Source: Octopus sinensis
Lineage: Eukaryota
Reading direction: 5' to 3'
DNA: 64,000 bases
Assembly (NCBI RefSeq): GCF_006345805.1
Contig: NC_043004.1
Location: forward strand, 10,850,001 to 10,914,000
Made by a program: the position numbers and the translations under genes. Shown one piece after another: positions 23,749 through 35,160 of the stretch. How positions within the stretch are numbered: position 1 is the stretch's first letter; every line of letters begins with the position of its first letter. A model generated the notes under the pieces. The model was not told the DNA's origin. It saw only the letters and a list, made by a program, of their open reading frames with translations, and ran no database searches.

Positions 23749-26107
23749 GCGTGTATACGTAAAAGATAATCATACGATACTAAGCTGTAAAAACGGTAGA
23801 ACGATTTAGAATTAATTCAATATTTCTATTTGTACAATCATTTCCTGTGTTAGTTACAACATTTCTACTTAATCCTGATTACGAATCAAATATTTAAAAA
23901 TTCAGTCTCTCTTGTTAATATATTTACTTGCGCATTATGTTTTCCATTTATGTGTAATTTTGTCTTGATTACTTATTTTCATATTTAAAACAAGAACAAC
24001 TAGCAGTACTTAAAATATTAATAGTAATGATGATGATGATAAAAACAACAACAACAATGATAAACAATGTGCTGTATTTTTCCCATGTAGACGTGTTTGC
24101 ATTTTGCTTTCCAAATTTGTGGATTTATAACGCGAAATCAAGTCGAAAGTGTTTTTCTTTTTTTGTATTTAATACAAAATTTTAACATAGAAAAGTAATT
24201 AATTGCTTCCAGGTTTCTTTTTACATGGCTAGACAGGGAAAGCAAATTTTGCTTTGCAAACAAATAGTTTCATATACTGTTGTATGTTGTCAGAGCCATT
24301 ACACCTATAATAAATATATGCACCTGTATTTTACGTTTTCGTTGTTATTAGTGAACTTAGAATATCTAAGCAATTAAGTTAACGATTGATTAATCATTCA
24401 CTCAGTTATCAGATAAGTTTGTCAATGTCGTTTCTTCACCATTCCCTATCTCGTCAATAACTGACACTTTCTACTCCGTGAAGGTCATGTCGTTGATGAT
24501 GGCATGAATGGCGACGAAAGGACTTTGACAAATCCAGGTGATTGACTGATTCACCGGACTATTGGATAGTTAATTAGTGATATGTTGAACCTATAGATTA
24601 ATAAAAATAAAGAACCAGTGCGTCTCATTTTTACTGGCGTGATAAACCTCCAGAGATAGAACAAAATATGTTTCAACACAAGGGTTCACATCAAGAATCT
24701 TAGAAACCATATGCAGAAACTGAAATATTTTCTTATTAATTTGCAAATAAACAAAATGATGGCTTCTTGAAGCAGTAATGACATTATCCTTTGAAAAGTA
24801 ATTCAAATAAGGTTGAATAATTTTCAAAACTGTTTCAAGAATGAATGAAAATGAAGAAAATATTTCAAGTGAAATTACATTCATTTTCTAAATGCAATGA
24901 GATTTCTGGAGATAGCTAACCCGCTGCTTACTTTCGGTGCAACGATTTTTGTAATAGCAACCCCAGCACTGACATACATTTTGACAATCCAAACAATCTA
25001 AGTAGTTTTGCAGTGACATTACTGAGTGACTGAAATGGAATCTGAGACGCATGCTGGGATCAGAGAGGTATAATGTTTAGAGATGTGCTTTGGAAGCGCC
25101 TCTTAAATTTTCATAGACATTTGGACATTCTAAACGATACCAAACTATATTTTCCGGATGAGCCCTCATGAATTGTGAAAACCTCAGTAGGTTGTAGAGA
25201 TGATATTTAGTTAGTATCATTCTTAGTACGTTCAATAAGTACAGCAGCTGATAAGCAATTGATGTACTATAGTTAGGCACTATTGTACGGTCAAAATCTT
25301 AACTAATTGTTAGAGAACTGCTACGAGAGAATAAAAACAGCTTTTTTTTCCTGATCAGGAAATGAATATACTCTAGTAAGTGAAACTGGCGTTGGCCTAG
25401 CAATCACAGACATTCTCGTCAGTAAACTTATGATCTGACAGAGTAACAAAAAGGAAATAAAACCAGGCAATGGAAGGGTAATTGTAATATCTATGTCCAT
25501 AGGCCTACAAACTAGCAACATTATGAGGATTTATATAATTCACTGCACATATATATGAACTCAACAACAGAACATATTCTTACCAATGATGATTTTTAAT
25601 GCAACACTGTACAGAGGATACTAAAGAATGATTTTGTATTTTATTCACATTTGACAAAGGTGAATACGTCCTGTTCGGATAATGCTCTGAGTATAAACGG
25701 GTTGTATCAAACTCCCTTCTTCTGGTTTCGGTCTCATGAAGTCTCAATGACTATGAATTTATTAGCCTATATATTTACCTGCACAGATAATACTGCATTC
25801 GCCATGGAGTGCAGCATGCTTCGATGAAGAAATATTAGTCCGTGCCACTTGCATCAAACTGAAATGAAAGTGTATTAATATAATTGCATCAATGACTTTA
25901 GACACCGGTTAACTGAAAGATCCTGAAATGCAGCATGTACTTACAATAAATTTGACCATCAAATTAAAATGGATAACACAATCCGACAGGTATTTTGCTG
26001 CCGGGACATTTTTACTTGATTTGAAGGATTTTTGATATTCTGAATCAAAAACTTGGAATTAATTTTCTACCATCACGTCTAGATTTCAAAATACCCAAAT
26101 CCCTAGT

Positions 26108-26760
26108 CATCAGTGGATGATATGTGTGGACTTTAAGCTGGTCACTTTTTTTTCCTGGAGCAGCAGAGTGAATACACCAAATATCCATGCTTTTGGTAAG
26201 TGTGGATCAAGAGAACCAGGGGTCTTTTAATATGGTTTGAGGAAACTTTAGCACAACCGAGAAAAATCATCCATAACAACCTTGGTGACGAGTGAGTTAA
26301 AACTCTAGTTAAAGATGTTTTTACTATGCCTGCAGTACATTTCCCTGTCAGAGCAGTGGAAAGATAAAAGCTGTATTATTAAAGGCGCCTGAAATCAGAA
26401 AATTGAGAAAAGATGGGAAAATGCATTGAAGTGGCAGCATGGAATTAGTTGTAAATAACTTTCTGAGCAACAAGAATATTTCGGCAGCCAACTATGGCGA
26501 AATATTCGACATGCTGGGAAATTTTTTAAACTTTGGAGCGAATATGAGCAAAAAGCCACCTTGATAAATTCCCTGAAAATCTTGGTAACTCAAGTGACGA
26601 GGAGGGAGAATGTTTTCCTAAGGACATAAAATCAATGGAACAAAGGTATCAAGGCATATCGGATTTGCTTATAGTGGCGGTCTATTTGGGAACCTGACAC
26701 ATGACCTTCTTCATGTTCGGCACACAATGAAATAAGCAAAACGTAAATTCATGATCAAAT
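26108..26760 (+). mobile_element. Chapaev (CMC) transposase remnant
   Basis: HQWMICVDFKLVTFF-LEQQSEYTKYPCF and LGANMSKK...HLDKFPENLGNSSDEEGECFPKDIKSMEQRYQG match the Chapaev3-type C-terminal pattern. Confidence 0.8.
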
Positions 26761-26888
26761 AGATAGGTGCAAATGATAAAATTAATGTGTAGAAATCTTA
26801 AAATTTTAACAAGTTTTTCGGTAGATTTTTAAGACAATTTTCTGGTTTTGAAGATAACCCAATTTCTATGTATATCAATTATGGCTTG

Positions 26889-27060
26889 TTATTTACATTA
26901 TTTACATTATTTACATTTGACGGATATTTATCCTCTTATTGTTTGTTGTATATCAGCCGAAACGTTGTGTTAACAACAAACAAGATGAGGTTAAATATCT
27001 GCCAAATGTAAATAATGTAAATAATGTACGTAATTCTTCGTCTCTTCAATATAGAACTAT
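26889..27060 (+). mobile_element. Penelope-type terminal-repeat fold-back fragment
   Basis: Inverted arms 26894-26949 / 26973-27028 around CAGCCGAAACGTTGTGTT; same family as 29020-29140. Confidence 0.6.
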
Positions 27061-27326
27061 GTTCTTCTAAGCTGCTTTATTGAAAAAACTTTACGTACAT
27101 GGATCGTATATTTTAAAATCTTGATGTGAACGGTAATATATGGATGTCATTTCTGGATGCCATTTGTTAAGATCCAAAACTTTTGACGGGGAAAAGAATT
27201 GTTGTTGGTCTATATAATCGACACTAATAAAGGACGTTAATTACTGAGAGTGTGAGAACTCAGTAATTAAATTTAGCTAGAGCCCCTCACTTCCGAATAA
27301 TAAGTTAAACACACACACACACACAC

Positions 27327-27369
<43 letters not shown>

Positions 27370-27435
27370 TATATACATACATACATACATACATACATAC
27401 ATACATACATACATGCACACACACATGCATACATC

Positions 27436-27735
27436 CATCTTCTATCTTTTGTTTTTCCTGTTGCTGGTTTCAGCCCGGAACTGGTCATGCACCACCTGTA
27501 GCGACTCGGTGTTGTTTCAGCTATTGTTTTTGGTGAAGTAGCGAGTTGGACGGAGCTGGTCTTTTTTACGTCTCCTGCCGCGATGTGAGTTCATCTGGTA
27601 TCTCAGAGAGAAACCTGTCCAAACGTTCCTTGAAAACTTCCACATCAACATGATGTAAATCTCTAAGGTTGCCTGGCAGGATGTTGAACAATTGCGGACC
27701 CTTGAAACCCAGACTATTGCACTACTGTGTCGGGA
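27436..27735 (-). mobile_element. 3' end of a CR1/Zenon-like LINE
   Basis: CNSLGFKGPQLFNILPGNLRDLHHVDVEVFKERLDRFLSEIPDE...PSNSLLHQ followed by tail AGGTGGTGCATGACCAGTTCCGGGCTGAAACCAGCAA. Confidence 0.8.
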
Positions 27736-27740
27736 TATAT

Positions 27741-27808
<68 letters not shown>

Positions 27809-28002
27809 GAGAGAGAGAAAGAGAGATATGCACACATACAGATACATATATATATATACATACACATACATATACGGATATATACATGTAATCAATGCGT
27901 GCATATGTATAAAATGTGCACATACACACACACACTCACCCAATTATGTACGTACCTATATATTTAAAAACTATTTCTATGAGTTCGAATATGTGTCTAT
28001 AC

Positions 28003-28058
<56 letters not shown>

Positions 28059-28076
28059 TATATCATATATATATAT

Positions 28077-28115
<39 letters not shown>

Positions 28116-28202
28116 GCATGTAGTAGCAATTACGTACACAGTTCTATTTTTTAAACATCTGTGTGACTAATACTGCCAACGCAACATAAGATCAAAAAAA
28201 CC

Positions 28203-28549
28203 GTTTTATTGAACTTATTTTGTGAGCGATAAGTTTAAACTTTTTGAAGTGAGTAAAAACAACGCGTCACAGAATGCTGAAGGCGCATAGAAACGTCTAA
28301 AACGGTATTTGCTCATTCCTTCCCACGAAGGTGTCGGTAGAGGAGATACAAGGCTAGAATGAGGATATGGAGTGGGATGACGAAGGGGGAGAGATGGAAC
28401 GAAAGCCGGATTAGCTTGTAAAGTCTCATAAAATTTGGTATAGTTTAGTGTTGTGTGTCTCTGTATGATATATTTCATCACAATATAATGTGACAATAAT
28501 TTCAAAAGTTTTCACTTATCGCTTGACCACATACTGAAATCATTAAAAC
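28203..28549. mobile_element. Candidate old MITE with ~50-bp imperfect inverted ends
   Basis: Left GTTTTATTGA...GAGCGATAAGTTTAAACTTTTTGAA; right TTCAAAAGTTTTCACTTATCGCTT...TCATTAAAAC. Confidence 0.4.
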
Positions 28550-29019
28550 TCTTTGGAAACCTTTTCAGATTGATCTTGATTTATGTATAATATACAGCGG
28601 AAATGCAGCGAACGACCGGAACTGGCTGGCAGTCATATTTCTTGAATGTTATTTATTGTGAGATAGTTAAACATCTAACGAGACTTGTCGTTTCATCTGG
28701 TTAGAGTTTTCGATCAAAACGCTAAAATAATTTTCATGACATAACACCAGCAACAACAAGAATAGCAACATTAGCAGCGGCAACTACAACAACAACAACA
28801 ACAGCAACAACAACAGCAACAACAACAATAACAACAAGAACAATAATAATTTTCTAATTCTGGCAGAAGGCTAGTAATTTTGGGAGGAGGAGTAAATCCC
28901 GATGCTGAACGGCAGATTTTTTTAACGACCCTTACCCCCCCCCCCCCCACTGCCAACCCGGACGGATAGAAAGTAAAGTCAACCTCGCAGGAATTTCTGC
29001 CCAGAAGATGAAGATGGAT

Positions 29020-29140
29020 TTCCCCACCACGACACCTGAAGAAGGCTGGAGGGTATATCAGCCGAAACGCTGTGTTAACAACAAACAAGATGAGAACAAA
29101 TATCCATCAAATGTAAATAATGTAAATAGTGTAAATAAGG
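29020..29140 (+). mobile_element. Penelope-type terminal-repeat fragment containing a minimal hammerhead-like motif
   Basis: GACAC-CTGAAGA-A-GGCTG(loop)CAGCC-GAAAC-GCT-GTGTT at 29031-29076. Confidence 0.65.
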
Positions 29141-29612
29141 TACAGGACTAGATTTCGATTCCTTCTGCATGCTTTGTGTTTCTCTACGTATGGAGACCTA
29201 TTCAGAGATAGTATTTTGGCTGTCACTCTAATATGTTTTACGTGTTCCCCTCTTCTCAACAAAATAATCTATTTCCTCCTTCATCTGGTACTTTCCTGAA
29301 AAAAATGTGCATCTCGTGCCGCAGTAACATTTCCTTCCTCCTAAATTTTCCCCTTCCTTGTTTATTTTTTGTTCTTACCCCTTTTTATTTTTCGCGAAAC
29401 TCAATTTGATTTTCCCCTGTCTCAAAACGAGGACTATTACTAGAGGGAATGTACTCTCGATCTACTGGTTTTCGAAACCTAACTGTAAGGATGAAGTAAT
29501 ATTATGAGCCAAATCCTGAGCTGCATCAGAAAATGCTTTAGAGAAAAATATTTTTTCTTGGATTTCTGCTCTTGCTGCCTTTGGTTCCAATTCACTTTAT
29601 TATTTTTGCCTC

Positions 29613-29668
<56 letters not shown>

Positions 29669-29970
29669 ACACACACACACACGCGTCAGTTCTGGAGCTT
29701 CTCGGAATAGAATTCTCCTCAAATCATTTACAATTCCGCACGTTTAAGAAAATGAATTTTTTTCCTCTAACGCAACTCTGATTGATTTCTTTCTGCTTCG
29801 CAATGAAGGACAATTTTGTTATAGCTTTGTGGTCTTCAGGGATCATGAGGATTTTCATATTCTCACAATCCCATCGAAGCATATGCATAACCTCCGTCCC
29901 CAACACCATCTTGTACTAATCCAACAACATTCACGACGAGCTAAAAGCTTGTTTCACCTTCCCTTATAAC

Positions 29971-30184
29971 CTTTTCTACTCTAGGTACAAAGCCTGAAAT
30001 TTGTGGGGAGGGGGCCAGTCCATTAGATCAACCCCAGTATGCAACTAGTACTTAATTTATCGACCCCCGAAAGGATGAAAGGCAAAGTCGACCTCGGTGG
30101 AATTTGAACTCAGAACTTAGCGGCATATGAAATAAAGCTAAACATTCCGCCTGGCGTGCTAACGTTTCTGCCAGCTCCCCACCT
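29971..30184 (-). mobile_element. SINE family B with alternative tail (B2)
   Basis: B head and body; tail (minus) CCCCACAAATTTCAGGCTTTGTACCTAG instead of the B1 tail. Confidence 0.8.
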
Positions 30185-30399
30185 ACCTCCCCGTATAATG
30201 CGGCAACAAACTAATTGGATATATATGTTGTACCAAAACTTTCTATCACCTCACGTCTTCCTTGGGTTTGGAGATCAGATTTGCACCCTACCTTCAGATA
30301 TGAAACACATTTCGTGCTACATATCAAAAATTTTTACTAACTTTTCCTTCTAAGGCGCACCGAAACCCATAATTTTTTTAATTAATGGAATATCACATT

Positions 30400-32280
30400 T
30401 TCCTTGCAATCTGCGTCTCCCAAATTCTTTCATGAGCCCTGCCTTTACAATGTACTTCTCTCACCTTAGCAATGATAATACTCTGCCGCTATTGTTATTG
30501 CTATTAAGGGAGAGACGCAGTCTCCTTTTCGTTGCCACGTTTACCTCCAATCGAAATTTGAAGAAGTTCAAGTGTCTACTTAAAGGACAATATCTCGTGA
30601 TCAACATTCTCTGTGCAAGCAATATCAATATAGAGGTACACATCCTGTTCTTCCTAGCCAAAGAAAGTCGCAGAAACAATTTTCAAGATAGAATAAACCT
30701 GTCCTACAAGCAATAACAACTGTTTTATATAATTGCAGAAGTCAGAAATGCTTGGATATTGAAAGAGTAAAAGCTACTTTAATGCTGGGTGTGAATCACG
30801 CGGATACCAGATGTCACTTCACTTACTGGAGAATCTATTTCGAATTTATTTTGCCTCATATTAAGAGAACTCTCGGGACATATTTTATCGTCCCTATTCC
30901 TCAGGCTGAAAGTCCTCCTGATCAACCTATTCCCCAAGTATTCCTAGACGCTTGCATCTTTTTGAGAATGTTACACTTCCGCAAATTCTATTGAATGCAA
31001 GGGTTGAAGTAAACGTTCGCCTTGTAGAGATTTGAGGAAGCTTGACTATATACCATATGCTAGCTACTTAGTTATATATTTCGAGTGACACATAAGTGCA
31101 ACTCCGTCAAACAGAAGAATTGTGGAAAACATGCTTGACGAACAACAGTCACACTCGTCAGCCGTAGAAATCATTAAACATGTTACAGTGAATGCCTGGA
31201 AGTTGTTGTCTCATGAACTGCTTACGAACCGAATTTAGTGCCACTACGGCAAGTGGAAGATCAAATTATCCAACAGATTTCAAACATCTGGCAATAAGTA
31301 CAGCCACCTCGCCGAACGAATGACTAAGATGAATGCAGTCATCACCTCAGCACTATCTTTCAAGTTAGGGTCCATTCAACCCATTTCTGTGAGAGACTAG
31401 CTAATCTGCCAGCAATAACCTTGCAACGTCTTTGCTACAGTGACTGAGGCTGTTAGCTAAAATCTGTAATGACAGGTGGGAAAATCACCGAAATATCGTG
31501 GATGAAGCTTGTTCCTCTGAACACTTCGTATTCCTTTAGCATTGTGCTGTCCTTGATTTTCTTCGGAGTCTGGAAGCATTATGGCATCGATGTTCCAGTG
31601 TGTTGACATACCCTGACAGCTTCATACTCCGAGCAGGATGTCTCAGGAACCAAAAGCACTCATCACATGAGGGACGACTTTTTTGACAGGACGACATAGT
31701 CAAAATTTACTAATATGCGGCCATTTAAAGTAATTAAGTAGCAGTTGCCGCTGTTGTTTAAAGAGTGCCAATATCTAAGATCAACATAAAAATGGTTTGA
31801 TTTGCATGAAAACATTAACGACCGATCATCACTTCTATGGAAGTCTTTGAAACCAGTTGAGCACTGGAATGAAACTCCATTTATCGACTTGCAAAGAATT
31901 AAAGGCAAACTCCAACCTTTGTCAGATTTGAAGCCAGACTTCAGACTGTGAGACAAACACAGCAAAACATTCTGCCCGATGTTATAATGACCCTGCCACC
32001 TCGTAGTCTGTCCAAGAGCTAATCTCGAACAGTCTTGTATATTTCGTGTATAAGAGCATGCACCAAAGTCTTAATAATGCAACTTTAGCATTTCACGTCC
32101 AAGAAATTCTTAAATGCATTTTCACTAAGATGCACGTCTCTTGCGATGTCTTGACTTAATTCTTCTGACCTGCTGACTATCTTTCGTCCTATCAGCATTG
32201 AAACTAGTTATATTAGTGAAGCTTCTCTATTCCTCATCTCATTTCAGCTACTCGTGAAGTTTGGAACGTCAGCAGGAGGA
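30400..32280 (-). mobile_element. Highly decayed RTE-like LINE
   Basis: Scattered frameshifted remnants on minus strand: HYR...RVIAGRLASLSQ, VR(K)QF, VKH, KLYKTVVIA, GKRG; order consistent with RTE ORF2 but motifs are weak. Confidence 0.4.
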
Positions 32281-32554
32281 AAACAATGCTTAAAAGGAAT
32301 ACAAAAAATAGCGCGCGGATGAGCACTGTACAGTACATATTTTATGAAAAACAATACGGCCGTAAATTTCATAATTCTATAGAAGTTTTATCGATCACGT
32401 TTGTTTTTTATTATCTAATCATAGGACTTCTCGACATTGTGCAATCATCAAGTGTATTGAAAATATTATATCCATTATGTAACTCAGATGTCTGTAGCAC
32501 TCGCGGACAATGTGTAATTACAAAATAATCAAGAAATTCCTTTCATTTCTTCAT

Positions 32555-32655
32555 AATAATAATAATAATAATGATGATGATGATAAAGATGATGATGATG
32601 ACGATGATGATGACGATAATGATGATGATGATGATGATGATGATGATAATGATGA
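32555..32655. repeat. (AAT)n-(GAT)n compound microsatellite
   Basis: Direct reading. Confidence 0.9.
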
Positions 32656-32865
32656 AAGTACCATGTAAAACAGTAAAGTCAAGCACTAATTGACATAGAC
32701 ACAGATGTGTAACAGAAATACTTGATAAATCAATGAAATAATTTATGAATGTCGACCAACGCGTTTGTTTCTATTTGCAGAATGACCGTCTTGATTTATA
32801 GCAGAAATTACTCGCACATACGCATAAAATATATGCATAATATTTTATATATATATATATATGTA

Positions 32866-33074
32866 GGTCCCGGGTTGATTCGGGGTTAACCACAGTAAAT
32901 AAGGTACTCAATACATAGCAGAGTAAAATTAATTTAATATAGAAGGAGCTTCTACAGGACTAGAACTGTTCATTCAAGAGAAATCTTCAGGAAGCTAGTT
33001 AACAAGCTTGTTAACTAGCTTCCTGAAGATTCTCTGAATGAAACAGTTCTAGTCCTGTAGAAGCTCCTTCTATA
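32866..33074. mobile_element. Penelope-type terminal-repeat fragment ending in a loop-less palindrome with hammerhead-like arms
   Basis: Palindrome 32938-33074 centred on AAG|CTT (33006/33007); motif 33017-33065. Confidence 0.65.
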
Positions 33075-33111
33075 TAATAATATTATATATATATATTATA
33101 TATATATATAG

Positions 33112-33145
<34 letters not shown>

Positions 33146-33187
33146 GTATAATTATATATATCTATATATATATATTATATATATATC

Positions 33188-33222
<35 letters not shown>

Positions 33223-33413
33223 CCGGAGTAAACACATAATTGTGAAACAAGGTGGAAAAAAGAGTACTCAAATAACAGTAGTAGAATAATATGCTTTATT
33301 TAAAGCAGCAGAAAATTCAACAAAACCTGTTACTCTGAGTTTCCCGTTCCCCAACGGCAACGGAAAACTCAGAGTAACAGGTTTTGTTGAATTTTCTGCT
33401 GCTTTAAATAAAG
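33223..33413. mobile_element. Penelope-type terminal-repeat fold-back fragment
   Basis: Arms 33294-33348 / 33359-33413 (one mismatch), 10-nt loop. Confidence 0.55.
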
Positions 33414-33459
33414 TATATATATATATATATATATATATTATGTGTGTGTGTGTGTGGTG

Positions 33460-33515
<56 letters not shown>

Positions 33516-33526
33516 ATATATATATA

Positions 33527-33707
33527 TCACTTTGATCACTTTGACCGACCAGTCCGTCAGGCGTCCATTTGTCACCGCTGGTCACAGCACGCTGTCCACT
33601 CCTCTCTGGATCGCGCCTTTCTCATCTACGTGATCCCAATCGTCCTCTTGAAATCGTCACTCCACCGTCGTGGAGATCTTCCGGGTGGTCTTCCGGAAGA
33701 CCGGAAG
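33527..33707 (-). mobile_element. 3' end of an RTE-clade LINE
   Basis: GRPPGRSPRRWSDDFKRTIGIT*MRKARSREEW (RTE C-terminal GRP..RW.D..W.R.A..R..W pattern); tail CTGGTCGGTCAAAGTGATCAAAGTGAT. Confidence 0.8.
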
Positions 33708-34058
33708 TATATATATATATATGTATGTATATATATATATATTTACACACACAATCACATATATATATATTTATATATATACGCGTATGTATGTGTATGA
33801 TATACACTAAAGTGTATGCATGAATCTCTACGAGCGTGATCTGTCTCTCATTAAATGTTAAATTTGACAGAGCAAAGCATTTGCTAGCTTTCATAAGTGA
33901 ACATTTTCCATTTATCATCGATAAATAAATTATTGTAAAGAAATAGGTCAAGATCGAGTTACAACTGTACCAGCTCATTGCAATATGAAAAACATAATCA
34001 TAATTAATTCAAATAAAACAGACAAAATACGCATACTCAAACAGGCGTGGGTGTGTGG

Positions 34059-34220
34059 AAGCGCCGGCGTAGCTGTGTGGGAAGAAGCTCGCTTCCCAAC
34101 CACATGGTTCCAAGTTCAGTCTCTCTGCGTGGCACCTTGGGAAAGTGTATCCTACTACAGCCTCAGGACGACTTAAACCTTGTGAGTGGATCTGGTAGAA
34201 GGAAACTGAAAGAAGCCCGC

Positions 34221-34251
<31 letters not shown>

Positions 34252-34538
34252 ATATATATGTATGTATATATACATATATATATCTATGTATATATGCATA
34301 AATATATTATATATATACATACATATATATATATTTGTATCTGTGTTTGTCCCTCCACATTGTTTGGTAACCGATGTTGCTGTGTTTACTCCCTGTAACT
34401 CATCAGTTCGGTAAAAGACACCGATAGAATAAGTACTAGCCTACAAAGGATAACTCTCGGGGTCGATTTCTTCGAATAAAGGCGGTGCTTCAGCACGGCC
34501 GCTGTCAAATGACTGAAACATATAAAAGAGTAAAAGAA
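34059..34538 (+). mobile_element. SINE family A
   Basis: Head, internal (TA)n ~34221-34335, tail GACTGAAACATATAAAAGAGTAAAAGA. Confidence 0.85.
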
Positions 34539-34640
34539 CAAAAATGTGTAAGCTTAGTGCGCCATACAAAGTCGATGAAACAAAATATTAATATTCGCCA
34601 CCAACAAAACAAATCTAAATACTATGATATAGTCAGTATA

Positions 34641-34862
34641 TATTTCTTTACTACCCACAAGGGGCTACACACAGAGGGGACAAATAAGGACAGACAAACG
34701 GATTACGTCGACCCCAGTGCGTAACTGGTACTTAATTTATCGACCCTGAAAGGATGAACGGCAAAGTCGACCTCGGCGGAATTTGAACTCAGAACGTAAC
34801 GGCAGACGAAATACAGCTACGCATTTCGCCCAACGTGCTAACGTTTCTGCCAGCTCGCCGCC
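34641..34862 (-). mobile_element. Full-length SINE family B with 13-bp TSD
   Basis: TSD TATAGTCAGTATA at 34628-34640 and 34863-34875. Confidence 0.95.
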
Positions 34863-35160
34863 TATAGTCAGTATAGTGTAACTCAACCAGACGTATTCGT
34901 TCAGGAGCATAGAAAACTGGTAAATAGCAAAACAAATCAAAGCGAAACAATGTTTCGACATTGAAAATGCATGTAATTGCATTCGATATAAATTGGAAGG
35001 TTCCTGACAAAAGTTAGTATAAAGAAGCGAAAGAAATTCCTGATGAGGAAATCCCCTTGTGCACAAGTCTCATCATATCTACTATGTATTTAGATACTAG
35101 ATCCGAGAAAATCAATGAATGCCGTTACTTTGGAAAACATTTTCGAATAAGCTACAATGC

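Noticed and set aside
24490-24552. TGATGA ... CTGA arrangement suggesting a C/D-box snoRNA
   Set aside because: Box C lacks the 5' purine, spacing is short, and no terminal stem or rRNA guide was recognised; plausible by chance.
24591-25521. Three minus-strand ORFs of 66-97 aa in unique sequence
   Set aside because: No recognisable motif, no consistent splice-phase linkage, and frames are interrupted by stops.
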